A stretch of 64,000 bases of DNA from positions 225,376-289,375 of the forward strand of contig JAHLTZ010000033.1 in the NCBI GenBank assembly GCA_025786725.1, given 5' to 3'. Of this stretch, positions 1 through 11,663 are shown one piece after another. The notes beneath the pieces are model-generated. The model was not told the origin of the DNA. It was given only the letters and a program-made list of their open reading frames with translations, and searched no databases. The stretch is from Syncephalis fuscata S228 (taxonomy: Eukaryota > Fungi > Zoopagomycota). A program made the position numbers and the translations under genes. The number at the start of each line of letters is the position of its first letter. Positions within the stretch are counted from its first letter, which is position 1.

Positions 1-327
1 CGGTATACATGGCGCCAATCAAGCTTGCCTAACAGTACGGCCGCTTCCATTGGTATATTGCCGATTGAATATTGATTTCGAATACACCAATATACAAAAT
101 CCCACTCTTTTGTTTTGTGGGGATTACTAAGAAATCGACGGTGGTAAAGATGCTGCCATAATGCCTTATTGTTTTTGAGTTTTGTATTAACAGAGCGACA
201 GGTATAATTGAATTAATTACTGTGTCATCAAGATATGAAATGAACCGAATAAATCATTAAGAGGAAGGTGGCCCACAAGCACAAGTAATTTACTAACTGA
301 TATTTGATCAGTAGTAGAGGATTTCAT
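1..327 (-). pseudogene. 5' part of an F-box-like family-A paralog (runs off window start); two 1-nt deletions, so either a pseudogene or assembly error
   Basis: Nucleotides 1-327 align colinearly with 1800-2128 (MKSSTTDQISVSKLLVLVGHLP vs MDHSTIEQLLVSKLLVLVDHLP). Single-base gaps near 251-253 and 211-219 shift the frame. Confidence 0.75.
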
Positions 328-520
328 CGTAAAATATGGTTGTTGGATAAATATAACGTGGTTCTGTTTCAATATATACGTTGTTGATAGTACGAAATAG
401 TTAAACACAATAAAACAAACAAGAATAGTAATAGAAGTTCGCTTATCGTTTTTTGAATTTAAACATTGCAAATTATCGATGCCTTAAATGGCAAAAGACC
501 AAGGCCATGATTTACCATTT

Positions 521-529
521 ATGAGTCAT
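521..529. promoter_or_regulatory. ATGAGTCAT Gcn4/AP-1-type bZIP site upstream of the family-A copy
   Basis: Perfect ATGA(C/G)TCAT about 195 bp upstream of the ATG at 327. The same core TGAGTCA lies at 2344-2350 in the homologous upstream region of the next paralog. Confidence 0.4.
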
Positions 530-610
530 AAATAATCGGGATAGTATTACGTTTTGCATTGCAATAAAGTTTAAATAAAATTTGTTTTAAAATAGCATTA
601 CTTTTATTGC

Positions 611-2128
611 TTATAGAGCGCCATAGCTTACTGTTTGACTATTGAAGGAACGCTTTCCAGTTACAAATCCAGTCATCATAAAATGTGGCAATATGTGTTC
701 ATTGGCGTCTTCTATTTGTCGTATAACTTGGCCAGTGCTTGCATCCACCAACAAAGTTTGTGGCTTATTATTTTCTTTGCTTGAAACAGCAAAAAGATTA
801 CCAATAGTATGCCGATAGTCATTGTAAGCCCACAAACTAAATTCTTTGTTGAAATCTAGTTTATCATCTTTTTCCACAAGTAGGTATCGATAAATTTTAT
901 AGCAGAAATTATAGCAATTTTTTGCATCCAAAGCATATTGTGCTAATTCCTTTGCTTCATCGACTTTGATATTCATATTTTTATCAAGTAATATTGTATG
1001 GTATAGCCATGAATTAGTGCTTTTAAATTCTAAACTAATTTGTATGGAACCAAATTCATTAGATGACACACTAAGCGAGCTTAAATATGTGTTTAGCTGA
1101 ATATGTCCCTGCTGCAGTTGTCGGGTGGGTTTGTCTTGCGAAAATTGATACAATGCCCATTCAATTATACCTTGATCGTTATCTGCAATTCCAGCAGCAT
1201 AAACTATAACGGAATCCCATGTGGTGTCATAAATGCACGATGTGCGGTGCTTGTTGTTGATGTCATATGTAGATTGTCGATTATTTTCTAAATCCCATAC
1301 AACTAGTTGCGAATTTATTTTCATTCCATGATTGTCGCGCATAAATAATAGCCATTGTCCATTAATTGATTTGCACCTTAATTTGGAGGGCAAACTTGCA
1401 GTATATCGTAGCTTGTAATCACCAAGAGTATAGACTTGAAGCTTTGTAGGATTTATAGCATTATTAACTATAATAAAAAATCGATCACCCAGCATTGCTT
1501 CAGGTAAACTGAGCTCATTACAAGTAAAATTTAAAACAATAGGGATTGACTCTATTTTTAAAACCGTTGGATCTTCGTGTTGATTTTTGGCCGATGAAAT
1601 TGCACTAGATTCAATCAGTATCATTTGCGACTTGGAAAATAAGGCGCTCCATGTCATAGCACTTATTGGAAAAAACATAATAGTTGTCCCGCTTAACCTA
1701 CGATAAATATGCGAATAATTATAATTATTTTTAAGGTTTAAAGGCGTTGTATTTAATGAACGACCATATCGCCAGTTATTTTCGGTGGTAACACGTCGTC
1801 GGTATAAATCCTGCCAGTCAAGTTCGTTTAGCAGTGCAGCCGATTCCATCGGTATATTGTTAGTTGGGAATCGACTTCGAGCACACCAGTATACGAAATC
1901 CCATTCCTTTACTTTGTGAGGACCATTAAGGAATTGGCGATGGTAAAGGCATTGCCATAATATCTTATTGTTTTTAATCTTTGTATTCAAAGAACGACAC
2001 GTAAAATTGAGTTCAATAACCGTATCATCAAGATATAGCATAAATCGAATAAAATCATTGGATGGAAGATGGTCCACAAGAACAAGTAATTTACTGACTA
2101 GTAGTTGCTCAATAGTAGAGTGGTCCAT
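611..2128 (-). CDS. Intronless divergent F-box-like protein with probable C-terminal beta-propeller (family A), 505 aa
   Basis: N-terminus has F-box-like spacing (HLPSNDFIRFMLYL..TCRSL..LWQCLYHRQF) and a W..LY.RR...E.NW..G linker as in F-box/WD40 proteins. C-terminus is rich in beta-strand motifs (LVVWDL, LLVDASTG). Confidence 0.75.
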   Translation of the reverse strand: MDHSTIEQLLVSKLLVLVDHLPSNDFIRFMLYLDDTVIELNFTCRSLNTKIKNNKILWQCLYHRQFLNGPHKVKEWDFVYWCARSRFPTNNIPMESAALLNELDWQDLYRRRVTTENNWRYGRSLNTTPLNLKNNYNYSHIYRRLSGTTIMFFPISAMTWSALFSKSQMILIESSAISSAKNQHEDPTVLKIESIPIVLNFTCNELSLPEAMLGDRFFIIVNNAINPTKLQVYTLGDYKLRYTASLPSKLRCKSINGQWLLFMRDNHGMKINSQLVVWDLENNRQSTYDINNKHRTSCIYDTTWDSVIVYAAGIADNDQGIIEWALYQFSQDKPTRQLQQGHIQLNTYLSSLSVSSNEFGSIQISLEFKSTNSWLYHTILLDKNMNIKVDEAKELAQYALDAKNCYNFCYKIYRYLLVEKDDKLDFNKEFSLWAYNDYRHTIGNLFAVSSKENNKPQTLLVDASTGQVIRQIEDANEHILPHFMMTGFVTGKRSFNSQTVSYGAL

Positions 2129-2343
2129 GATGGTAATAGAAAGGTAGTGACTGAATAAACGTGTGTATAATGTTTTTTATTGTTGTATTATTCGATATAT
2201 TTATACGTTTCTAATGATATAGAAATATTTGAATGACAATAAAATGATCAAGATTATTCATAAAAATTACTGGTTTTAGATTTAAACCTGTTAAGAATCG
2301 GTGTCTTAAATGGTAAGAGGGCAATACTAAATTTGACTATTTT

Positions 2344-2350
2344 TGAGTCA
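2344..2350. promoter_or_regulatory. TGAGTCA bZIP-type site upstream of 611..2128
   Basis: Conserved within upstream blocks 450-530 and 2270-2352, which are visibly homologous. Confidence 0.4.
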
Positions 2351-2769
2351 TAGCATTATTAAATTTTGAATTATTCCTTATAGAGCAATATAACGTAATT
2401 ATGAATGTTATATACATAAAATTTATGGCTTTTATTTTTATTTATATTTAATAAAGCTGTAATTTATAAATCAGCATTATTCACAGCTTAATCAGTGAAC
2501 TATTTTATTAATTATTGTTTTTAGAAAGTAAGCGGTTGTTTCGTCTAGTTTACAAATATTATCAAAATCTTTGTTATTCAATTTACAACCTAAAACTCTT
2601 GCAGTTAATGAGTGATTATTACGCCAGTCAATTTAATTAAATATCAGGCAAACAAAAATGTTGAACATGCTCTATATCTATTTATATATATAAGCTAGAT
2701 GTAATGTAGAATGTTTAAATTGTCTAAAAGTTAATTAGTATATGATTTTAACATGTGAATGTTATTAAG

Positions 2770-2935
2770 TTGTTACAATTCACTAAAATGGATATGAACA
2801 TAATTTTGATTTGAGTTTTGTTACATTTATTATGCTTAGCGTTTTTCTTACCACATATTTTATGTTGTATAATATTATTAGAGTCATGATAATATTATAA
2901 ATACGTAACACTGTTGCCCAAACAATAAGAATTGT
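2770..2935 (+). repeat. Diverged direct repeat, copy 1 (copy 2 at 6940-7100)
   Basis: Shared strings GAGTTTTGTTACATTTATT.TGCTT and ATATTTTATGTT.TAT...TATTATTAGAG occur in both copies. Confidence 0.75.
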
Positions 2936-3228
2936 AATGAAAGTGATAATAAATAAAACTAAATGATGGTTTACACCAGACTTTAGCGTATCATAAAATA
3001 TACTAGCATTTAACAAATATAAAACATATATTGATAATATGCAAATTAAATAAATAAATATTAAATTGAATTAGAAAGCGTATACAAAAGTTTACCCATT
3101 TTATAAAAAAGTAATTGTAAGCACTAAGATATTCAATTCTGTTCTATTTATAGCTCAATGCGTTATTCTATTTAATTTAAAAACCTCTGTTGCTAAAAGT
3201 AACTCGTTCATTTAGTTTTATTTCCATC

Positions 3229-4800
3229 ATGTCAGCACAAAATAACAACACATTACCAAATATATGGCTAGTTGTTAAAATCGTTCATCATATATCTTAG
3301 TTTAGTGGAGCAACAGTCACAGTAGCTTTGCCATGCACTTGTAAAGCACTGTATAATTTTATTATTAAATGTGATAGGCTTTGGCAGATACTGTGTCAGC
3401 AACATTTTTCTTGTGCTATTAATGCGGCTGATGACTGGTTACAATGGCAATCAGAACAAAAGACAAGAATAATAAAAACAGTAACTAGATGGAAAACAAA
3501 ACTGCATCAGGATTGACTTGGTTCAAGCAATGTGGTCAACGTATTAGCATGAGCATAAGTTGGCAAAAGAACAAGCCAACACCAACAGTTTATACAAATC
3601 CCTTAAGATAAATAAACTATTAAATTCAGGCATTGCTAATAAAATAATCACTGCAAGCTATCCTGGTTGGATGGCAATGGAATTTTATAATCACACCTTT
3701 GTTGATTTGCTTAAACTCTCAGCAAAAATGAGGTCAAAATTTATTTGTTAAATTTGGGGGAAGGCCATTGTTTCCATATAAAAGACATAGTATTTTATCA
3801 ATATCCACAACAAGCAAATAACGTCGATGAAGATATGCGTGTAATTATAGCACTATTTTATTTTAAAATATTCAGTGATATACTTCAAATATGGAATGCA
3901 AATAATTGTCAACTGCTGTATTCTATCGATTTCAATGGTGGCTGGGATCGTAGAATTATAAATGCATTTTTGTTGATTTTTAAATCGCATTTTATTAATG
4001 CACCCAACTATTCACAATCCTATAAATATCCTCGGTTGTTCTATAACATTTGTTCAACAACGCAATCATTTAAACCTTAATCCATTATTCTTCCTCCAAA
4101 TTTCAGTTATTTTTACGACGATAGAATACATACAACAAACAATAAAAAGATAATTTCCATATGATACTACAATAGCGAGCACAAACTCAGCTATGAAATG
4201 ATTCGTGTGCTATTGACGCCTGATGTAAATTTGAAAATGATTAGCAATGATACAGCACAAATGACTACAATCGCCTCGAATTGTATAATATTTGCTTCTA
4301 GGAAACTATGGATTCTAGAATTTTATTCAATTGGCCGTGATCAAATATAGTGTATTACAACGTTTGCATATTTGAGGAGACATCAAGTGGCATTGTAAAG
4401 AATCATCAACGCCACATCTGAGTAATATCTTTAAGCAAAGGAATTGTTTTAAAGTGCAACTATTCAACAAATAAATTTGAAATTTTGGTTTTAATTTTAG
4501 CACATAATTTGGTTGTATTCCATTCAGATAGCTCATCTTTAGTTGTCATTTTACTATTAAATAAAGAGATTTTACATGGCATCAATATTATGGCAAATTT
4601 CATAATGTTTGTAATTTTCAGCATTTTATTGATACAAAGGTTGTTGGCTACAACTATAGCACTAACAAACACTGTGTTATTGATGCTATAACTGGTGAAG
4701 TAAGCATCCATCCGTTTTTAATATAAAATGTACAATGTTGTATATTTGCATATAGGCACGCGCTATTTATGAATAAAAAACAATACATTCAAGCTATTGG
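3229..4800 (+). pseudogene. Decayed F-box-like family-B paralog
   Basis: Begins MSAQNNNTLPNIW like 5129 (MSKQNNNALPKIW). Has in-frame stops (TAG 3298-3300, TGA 3514-3516) and several frameshifts, but retains homologous blocks (ASYPGW, FYQY, LQIWN). Confidence 0.85.
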
Positions 4801-5128
4801 TATATTATAAAGTTTATTATTAAAGTAGTTAAATAACAAATAATAATAAAATTTTGCAATGGATTCTAGTATAATGCAAAACATACTAGCTTCCAATACA
4901 TTATAAAAAGTAAAGTCTAGACCCACAAACTAAATAAATAGTGAGACTAATTATATTAAATTATATATTATATACATACATGCTAAGCTGTTTAATAAGG
5001 AAGCCATCGTTAATGTTGAATTATTCAACCTAAATGCATTTTACCTGCAACTCATCGCGTCATTCTATTTGGTTCAAAGGCCTTTTCAGCCCAAGTAAAT
5101 ATTTTGTTTGTTTTGTTTCTTTTCCATT

Positions 5129-6722
5129 ATGTCAAAACAAAACAACAACGCACTGCCAAAAATATGGCAAATTATTGATATAGTTAATCACATATCGATG
5201 CTGAGTGGAACAACAGCCACAGTCGCTTTGGCACGTACTTGTAAAGTGTTGTACAGTTCCGTTATAAGCTGCAATAGTTTTTGGCGCAAAGTGTACCAGT
5301 ATAATTTTCCTCGTGATATCAACACCGATATCGATGGCTAGAGTGGCAATTAGGGCAAGAGCAACATGCAATGGGGACAGTAGCTGATATGGAAAATGAA
5401 AATATATCAAGATTAACTTGGTTCCAGCTACATAGTCAGCGTAGAGAAATGGGCTTGAATTGGCAAGAAAACAAGCCAACATCAATAATTCATTTAAAGC
5501 CTTTTAGTATATCTAGAGCATCAAATCTAGGAGATATCAGTCAATCAATTGTTGCGAACTATCCTGGCTGGGTTGCAATAGCAAGTCGACAACATTTGCA
5601 AATTGATTTGATTAAATTATCGCCAAAGAACATGCCTAGAATCTTAGGACGATGGAAAATTTAACATTTTACCAATATCGGCAACAATTAGATGGCACTG
5701 ATGATAACGTACGTATGATTCTACATTTAGAGTGTGCTAAAGAACTCATAAACACACCAACTGAGAATCATTTTAATTCATTATTTTTAACGTACCTTCA
5801 TGTACTTCAAATATGGAACCCAAATAGTTGTCAACTACTACAATCTATCAATTTTGGCGACCGATGGGATGGTAGGATCATAGGCACTTCTTTGTTATGT
5901 TCCAGGTCACAAACAACTGGTTCTACCGAAATACTACATTGCGGTTTTTTAAAGACACAGCTATGTGAAGCTCAGCTTCTTGATGTACCAAATATTAGTT
6001 ATGATGATATTTTTAAAATACATACGATAAACAACAATGAAATGGTATTCTTAAAACATTCTCATCAAGCAAATTCATTTGAAACAATTCGTGTGTTATT
6101 GATCGCCGATGCCAACTTAATGATTAACAATGGCGGCAGGGCACTAACGACCACTATCGCATCTAGTCTTTTGGGAAAACGCAACAATAGCTTTTTCCAT
6201 AATCCAAAAATCTATTCAATCGATTCTGATCGTATATTATTTTACTACATCACTCGCTCATTCTCGAGAACATTCAATTATATTGAAAGTAGATGGCGAC
6301 GCTACATTAAAGTAATATATTTAACCAGGGGAGTTCTTCTAGAGCAGGATTATACGATAAATGGAACTGAAAATCTGATTTTAATTCCAAAACATAATTT
6401 GATCGTATTTTGCTCGAATTCTCCCTCGTCATTAGAAATTGTTTCACTATTGGACGGAGGGATTCGGCAGCACATTGATATAGATGCTTTATACGACAAA
6501 TTTTGTAATTTCCAACATATTATTGATACAAAAATCATCGGCTGCAACTATAACACTAACCAATACTGTATTATCGATGCCGTAACAGGTAACGTGAACA
6601 TTTATACATTTCCAATATCAAAGGTACAATATTGCGCAGTTGTATTTGGCCACATGATATTGATGAATGAAGAAACAACGCTTATTACAAGCTTTGTACC
6701 TGAATTACTTCAAATCTATTAA
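5129..6722 (+). CDS. Intronless F-box-like/beta-propeller protein (family B) with two frame disruptions (~5335, ~5650); gene or young pseudogene
   Basis: ORFs 5129-5341, 5371-5664 and 5652-6722 join into one protein colinear with the 3229 paralog. One extra T at 5335 restores DIDWLEWQ (paralog DDWLQWQ). F-box-like LARTCKVLY..FWRKVY..F and WFQLHSQRREMGLNW linker. Confidence 0.7.
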
Positions 6723-6939
6723 GTAGATACTAACAAATTATTGCTACAGCAATAATAATAAATTTAATAACATTTGACTAATCAAGAATGCTTAATTAGT
6801 TTAAAAAATTTATAATTATGTAAAACAAAGCGTTAGTAGTAAAATAATAAGCGCAATGATCATAATAATAAATAAAATTAAAAAATAGTATACACTAAAG
6901 TTCAGTGTATTATAACACATAATAACATCTGGTACATCG

Positions 6940-7100
6940 TTACAAACAATTAAATTAGATAAGTAAACAGTTTTAGTTGGAGTTTTGTTACATTTATTGT
7001 GCTTGACATATTCGCACCATATATTTTATGTTATATAGCTATTATTAGAGCTCTGGAAATAGTATAACTATATAACGCTGTCGCTTAGACAATAATAAAG
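6940..7100 (+). repeat. Diverged direct repeat, copy 2 (copy 1 at 2770-2935)
   Basis: Visual alignment with 2770-2935. Confidence 0.75.
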
Positions 7101-7652
7101 ACAACTTTTTTACTACAATTGTTTAACATATTGTCAGGATTTATAAAGCTGAGATTTCTGGCATAAATTTGTTAATTCAAGCTATTTTTGAGAGCTATTT
7201 GCTATAATTAATAATTACTTTATTGAATTAATATTAAAACAGCCGACTAAGCTACCTCTTGTATTTCTTCTCTTTACTTGGTGGTTTGCCCAACATTAAA
7301 TTATCACATCGCTGGTATTGTAGCAATACTATCTATTAATAAACAGTTTTTTCAAGTTCTACAATTAATCAGCTTAAATTTAAAATTAGTATTTATCGTG
7401 GTTTGCAGCATGTTTTAATCCAAAACTATTATATAGTAACGACCCGTTGTCAACCTCACTTATCATTTTATTGGTTGTTAATTTTTATTTCGTGGCATGA
7501 GAAAGGCTAGGCAATTTTCGTTGGCCTGGTACAATGATTTATTTTAGATTGCTGCATGCTACATAATGCTACTATCATCGCGCGATATCGACGCTTACTA
7601 TATGTATCCAATCTACTTTTTTTACCAATAGTTTTAGTTTTCTATAACAAAA

Positions 7653-9246
7653 ATGACGGTCGAGCAAGAACCTAACCTGCATCCTAATATTGAAGCAGCA
7701 ATTGCCAAAAAGCTAGCAAAAAACAGCTTTATAAATCTTGATGCATCTTCGGTAACTTGCAACGATGATGAAATTCATCCTGGACGAAAGCCCCAAGCAA
7801 AAGGCCTACGACGCTACCTCCATCTAGTGATATTTCATGTCACATTTGCCCTATCACTGGTGATTGAATATTCTATTGTACCGATAAGCTGGCTGTTAAC
7901 CCATCCGGCACTATCTTCCATTGTACGATTTAATGTACTGCACACACTAAGAACTATTGGCAAAAATATGATGAATCTTTATTTCATGTTTCTAAATCAA
8001 GTTTTAACTCAAATACCCATATATATGACTGTGGAAGGCATGGAATTGGACGAGGTTTTTAAAAGTCGTCCAGTTATCAAGTATGGAGATATTAAATTAC
8101 CAGGACGATTTGTTATCATAGGCAATCATCAGGTAAAATACACACGATCTCACACACATGTAACTTATTTTCCATATAAAGCTTGGTACGGATTTCATGT
8201 TTCTATGGTTAGTTACTCTAATTAATAATAAATTCAAATTAATATTTATGCTTTAGGACTTTTGTATATTATGGAAAGCGTATTGGTGCTATAATGGGAT
8301 TATTGCTAGAAGATATAAAACATGTTCCGTTTTTTGGATGGTAGGTTTAAAGATATTTGAAACAAGCTATTTATTTATTTGTTATTGTTATTATATTGTT
8401 TAATTATACATTCTGGATAGGGTAATTTATCATAAAATAGGTTGATAATAATAATGAATACATTTATACTGTAATATTAGATACTGGAATATTTCGATTT
8501 TGTATATTTACACCGGAATTGGCGTCTTGATAGTGAGCGATTAAAGACGAGAATGAACGAATTGGCCACGGGATGGGAGCGTGAAAAGGATCTAGCTCTA
8601 TTCCTATTTCCAGAAGGTGTTTTAATTAACGAGAAACGCCGAGTCATAACACGAGAATTTGCTATGAAAAATAACATTGTAAGTTACCTTTTTTAAATTA
8701 ATGATTAATTAACTAAAAGCGAATAATAATAATAATAATAATAATAATAACTAGACCAATATACCAAAACATACACTATTGCCAAGAGTCACTGGTCTAT
8801 ACACAATACTGGATAATCTACGCGATTCTAATGTCGACTATATTTACGACGTGACACTAGGTTTTGAGGGACTTTCGTCTAGCGAAACACCAAGCGAAGT
8901 GTATAGCGTATCGTCGCAATATTGGTATGGCGGTCATCCAAAAGGTGTTCATATGCGTATTCGTCGCTGGCACATCCCAACTGAGGTACCACTCGATGCT
9001 GGACAGGAAGTATTCGGCCAATGGTTACTCGATCGCTGGATGGAAAAGGATGAAATGCTAAAACGATTCTACACGACCGGCAGTATGGCCATTGGTGCAA
9101 CACCAGAGGAACGACAGGCAGAAACCATTATATGTCCCTCACATGCTCGCTCTTACCTTATTGAATCTATTCCTTTCGTTGTTCTTACTACACTCTACAG
9201 TGCAGTTATTTGGGGATCATGGAAGTTTTTGATGCTATGGTTCTAA
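7653..9246 (+). CDS. Multi-exon lysophospholipid acyltransferase (LCLAT1/Cst26-like AGPAT family)
   Basis: Spliced motifs NHQxxxD (NHQ|LGTD), P.FGW..FDFVYLHRNW, LFPEG, LPRVTG, IYDVT, WL..RW.EKD; C-terminal TM segment. Confidence 0.9.
8722..8750. repeat. (AAT)n microsatellite inside an intron
   Basis: About 9-10 AAT units. Confidence 0.9.
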
Positions 9247-9470
9247 TAAAGAGACACATACGCACATGTTAGCTAATAGCACAGACAATGGCTACTAGTA
9301 CTATTTGATATGTTACATATACAATCTAATACACGATCGTTTCTGTTAAGACACAATTACTTTGCCATTAACATATAGTTAGAGTGTGCATCAGTATTTT
9401 ATTTAACTAGCAAGTAGAAGAGTTGCTTGGTGGTCAGGAGTATTTTCTAGATCGGCACTGCATAAGTGTC

Positions 9471-11377
9471 TTAGCTTGGAGCAGTCCAAGTTATGCCTTG
9501 ACCTTCATCGTGCGAACAACACGAGAAATAATTTCTTCAACACGCTCACGTACAAACATACGTCCAGACCATTCACGCACCAGAATACTCACAACATCTT
9601 GAGCCGAGAGACGGAACGCTGAAGCACCGGAACCATGTCCAAGTACCAATTGGCGTACATCCTTTTCGGTAGGTAGGGCATGTCGAGAGTATGGATATTG
9701 AGTGTAGTCACGCTTATTCATCAGTTCAAGTTGCGATGAGGCTTGATCTTCAAAATAGCGCTGTTTAATAGAATCCAGGTTTAAATCTTTCACGCTAGAT
9801 GGTGACCAAACAGATGGGCGTTTCTCCACCAATAATGATGTTACTCCTTCGTAAAAATCGGCATCGGACTAATATTAAAATAGCAATTACATGATATTTG
9901 TTATCAACTGTTCCGGTGTACTATCTAATACTTACCAAGAACTTTTGAACCAAATCATACTCGCTTTTAAATACGGCAGCAATGCTCATAGTACGAGCAG
10001 CTCTTAGTTGCGTAAGAGTAACCTAATAGACATAGAATTAAAGTGATGTCAATAATAAGCCATTATTGGTATTTATATTCTCCACTCACCTGCATACTAG
10101 TTGGGACATTTTGCTTAATGTTTCGAGTGTTTTCTTTGCCCATTCACCGCCTTCTTTCTCCAATGCTGTAAATATTTCTTGAACTGTATTAAACTTGAAA
10201 CAACTATTGATAGTGTTAGTAATTATTGATAAACTTATAATTTAATAAGCAATTACTAACCGATCAATGGCTGCACGGTGTGGTCCAAGAGAATAGGTGG
10301 CCTTGGTAGGTTCAGCCGAGAATTCTTCAATAGCCATATTAATAACATCAAAGTCTTCACTTTCCAATTCATTCAATCGTTCCTCCAATGCCGGTAGTCG
10401 ATGGGATAACACGTAATGCGTGCCAATACCTGCATAACTATTCATTTTTATTTAATTGTTTAAATATACCGCCTATTTAATGCCACTACTACTTACAGTA
10501 CATCCTCGCCCACCAATCGATTACCAGTCAGTGCCAAATAGGTACCGGTTTCACCATCCATACGCGGCAAGAAGAAAGAACCGCCTACATCTGGGAAGAA
10601 ACCAATGCTGTTTCTGGCATGGCAAACACCGTCTTTTCTGTGGCTACTCTAAATGGAGCATGTACCGATAGACCAACACCACCACCCACTAAGTATATGT
10701 CAGTATTCGTTGAGTTGTCCTATATCTAATTAATAACCTACTGGTATAGCCGTTTATTAAAGCCACATATGGTTTCTTAAGTGTAGCAATTAAATGATTT
10801 AGCCTGTATTCTTCCTTGAAAAAGGTCAACGCATTTGCATCATTTGCTTTGGCCTTTTCAATCACCGCTATTAATTATTATTGATATAATTGCCCAGTAG
10901 TGTTTATTAGTACATTGAATCTATTTTATTAGTACCGCTTACTTTTAACATCACCGCCTGAACAGAATGATTTTGGATGGTCGGATTTAATCATAATAAC
11001 CTTGCATAAATCTGATTGATCCCATGCCTGTATTTAAATAAACATTTACATTATTGTATTTGTATGTGCATTATGTTATTTACCTCTAGTTGTGGTGTCA
11101 TGGTGCGCACCATCGATAAATTAAGCGCATTTAATGCTTTGGGTCGATTAAGAATAAATGTACGGCCACCATACGCTTTATGCTGTAGGACCTCCGGCTA
11201 TAAAGTAGTGTTAGATTACTGGTAGTCAACACAGAGAACCACACGACTACTCACGCCAGATTGGTTGGGTGGTTGTGCGGTCATAGGTGTAGTGGATAGT
11301 TGACGGGCCAGTATATTTAGACGCGTCCTAGCAATGGATGCCTCTCGCGGTAAAGTCGAATAAGCAGAACGGAACAT
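9471..11377 (-). CDS. EHD3: Mitochondrial 3-hydroxyisobutyryl-CoA hydrolase (crotonase family), multi-exon
   Basis: Arg/Ser-rich presequence [11 protein letters not shown]; motifs [46 protein letters not shown]. Literal reading ends at 9491. One added base at ~9509 gives a W-containing end ..[10 protein letters not shown] at 9471. Confidence 0.92.
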
Positions 11378-11663
11378 GAGAATAAATGTCTACTATGACA
11401 GTAATAATAGGAGAGTCGTAGCAGCAACCGTAGAGTAAAAGTAAACGACAATCAATCGAGGACACAGTGCTTTTAAAAAAACCAGGCGACAACAAGTGTA
11501 AATAGGTGAAAAGAAGGAAAGGAAAACAATTTAATAAGATATAGATTTGCATGTATTCTAGCTTATATCTTTACTATTACCTAGAGAACATATATATATA
11601 TATATAGTCAACGCATTTAATTCTATGTAGTGCGGCACTCTATTCGCTTTGTTTTCAATACCT

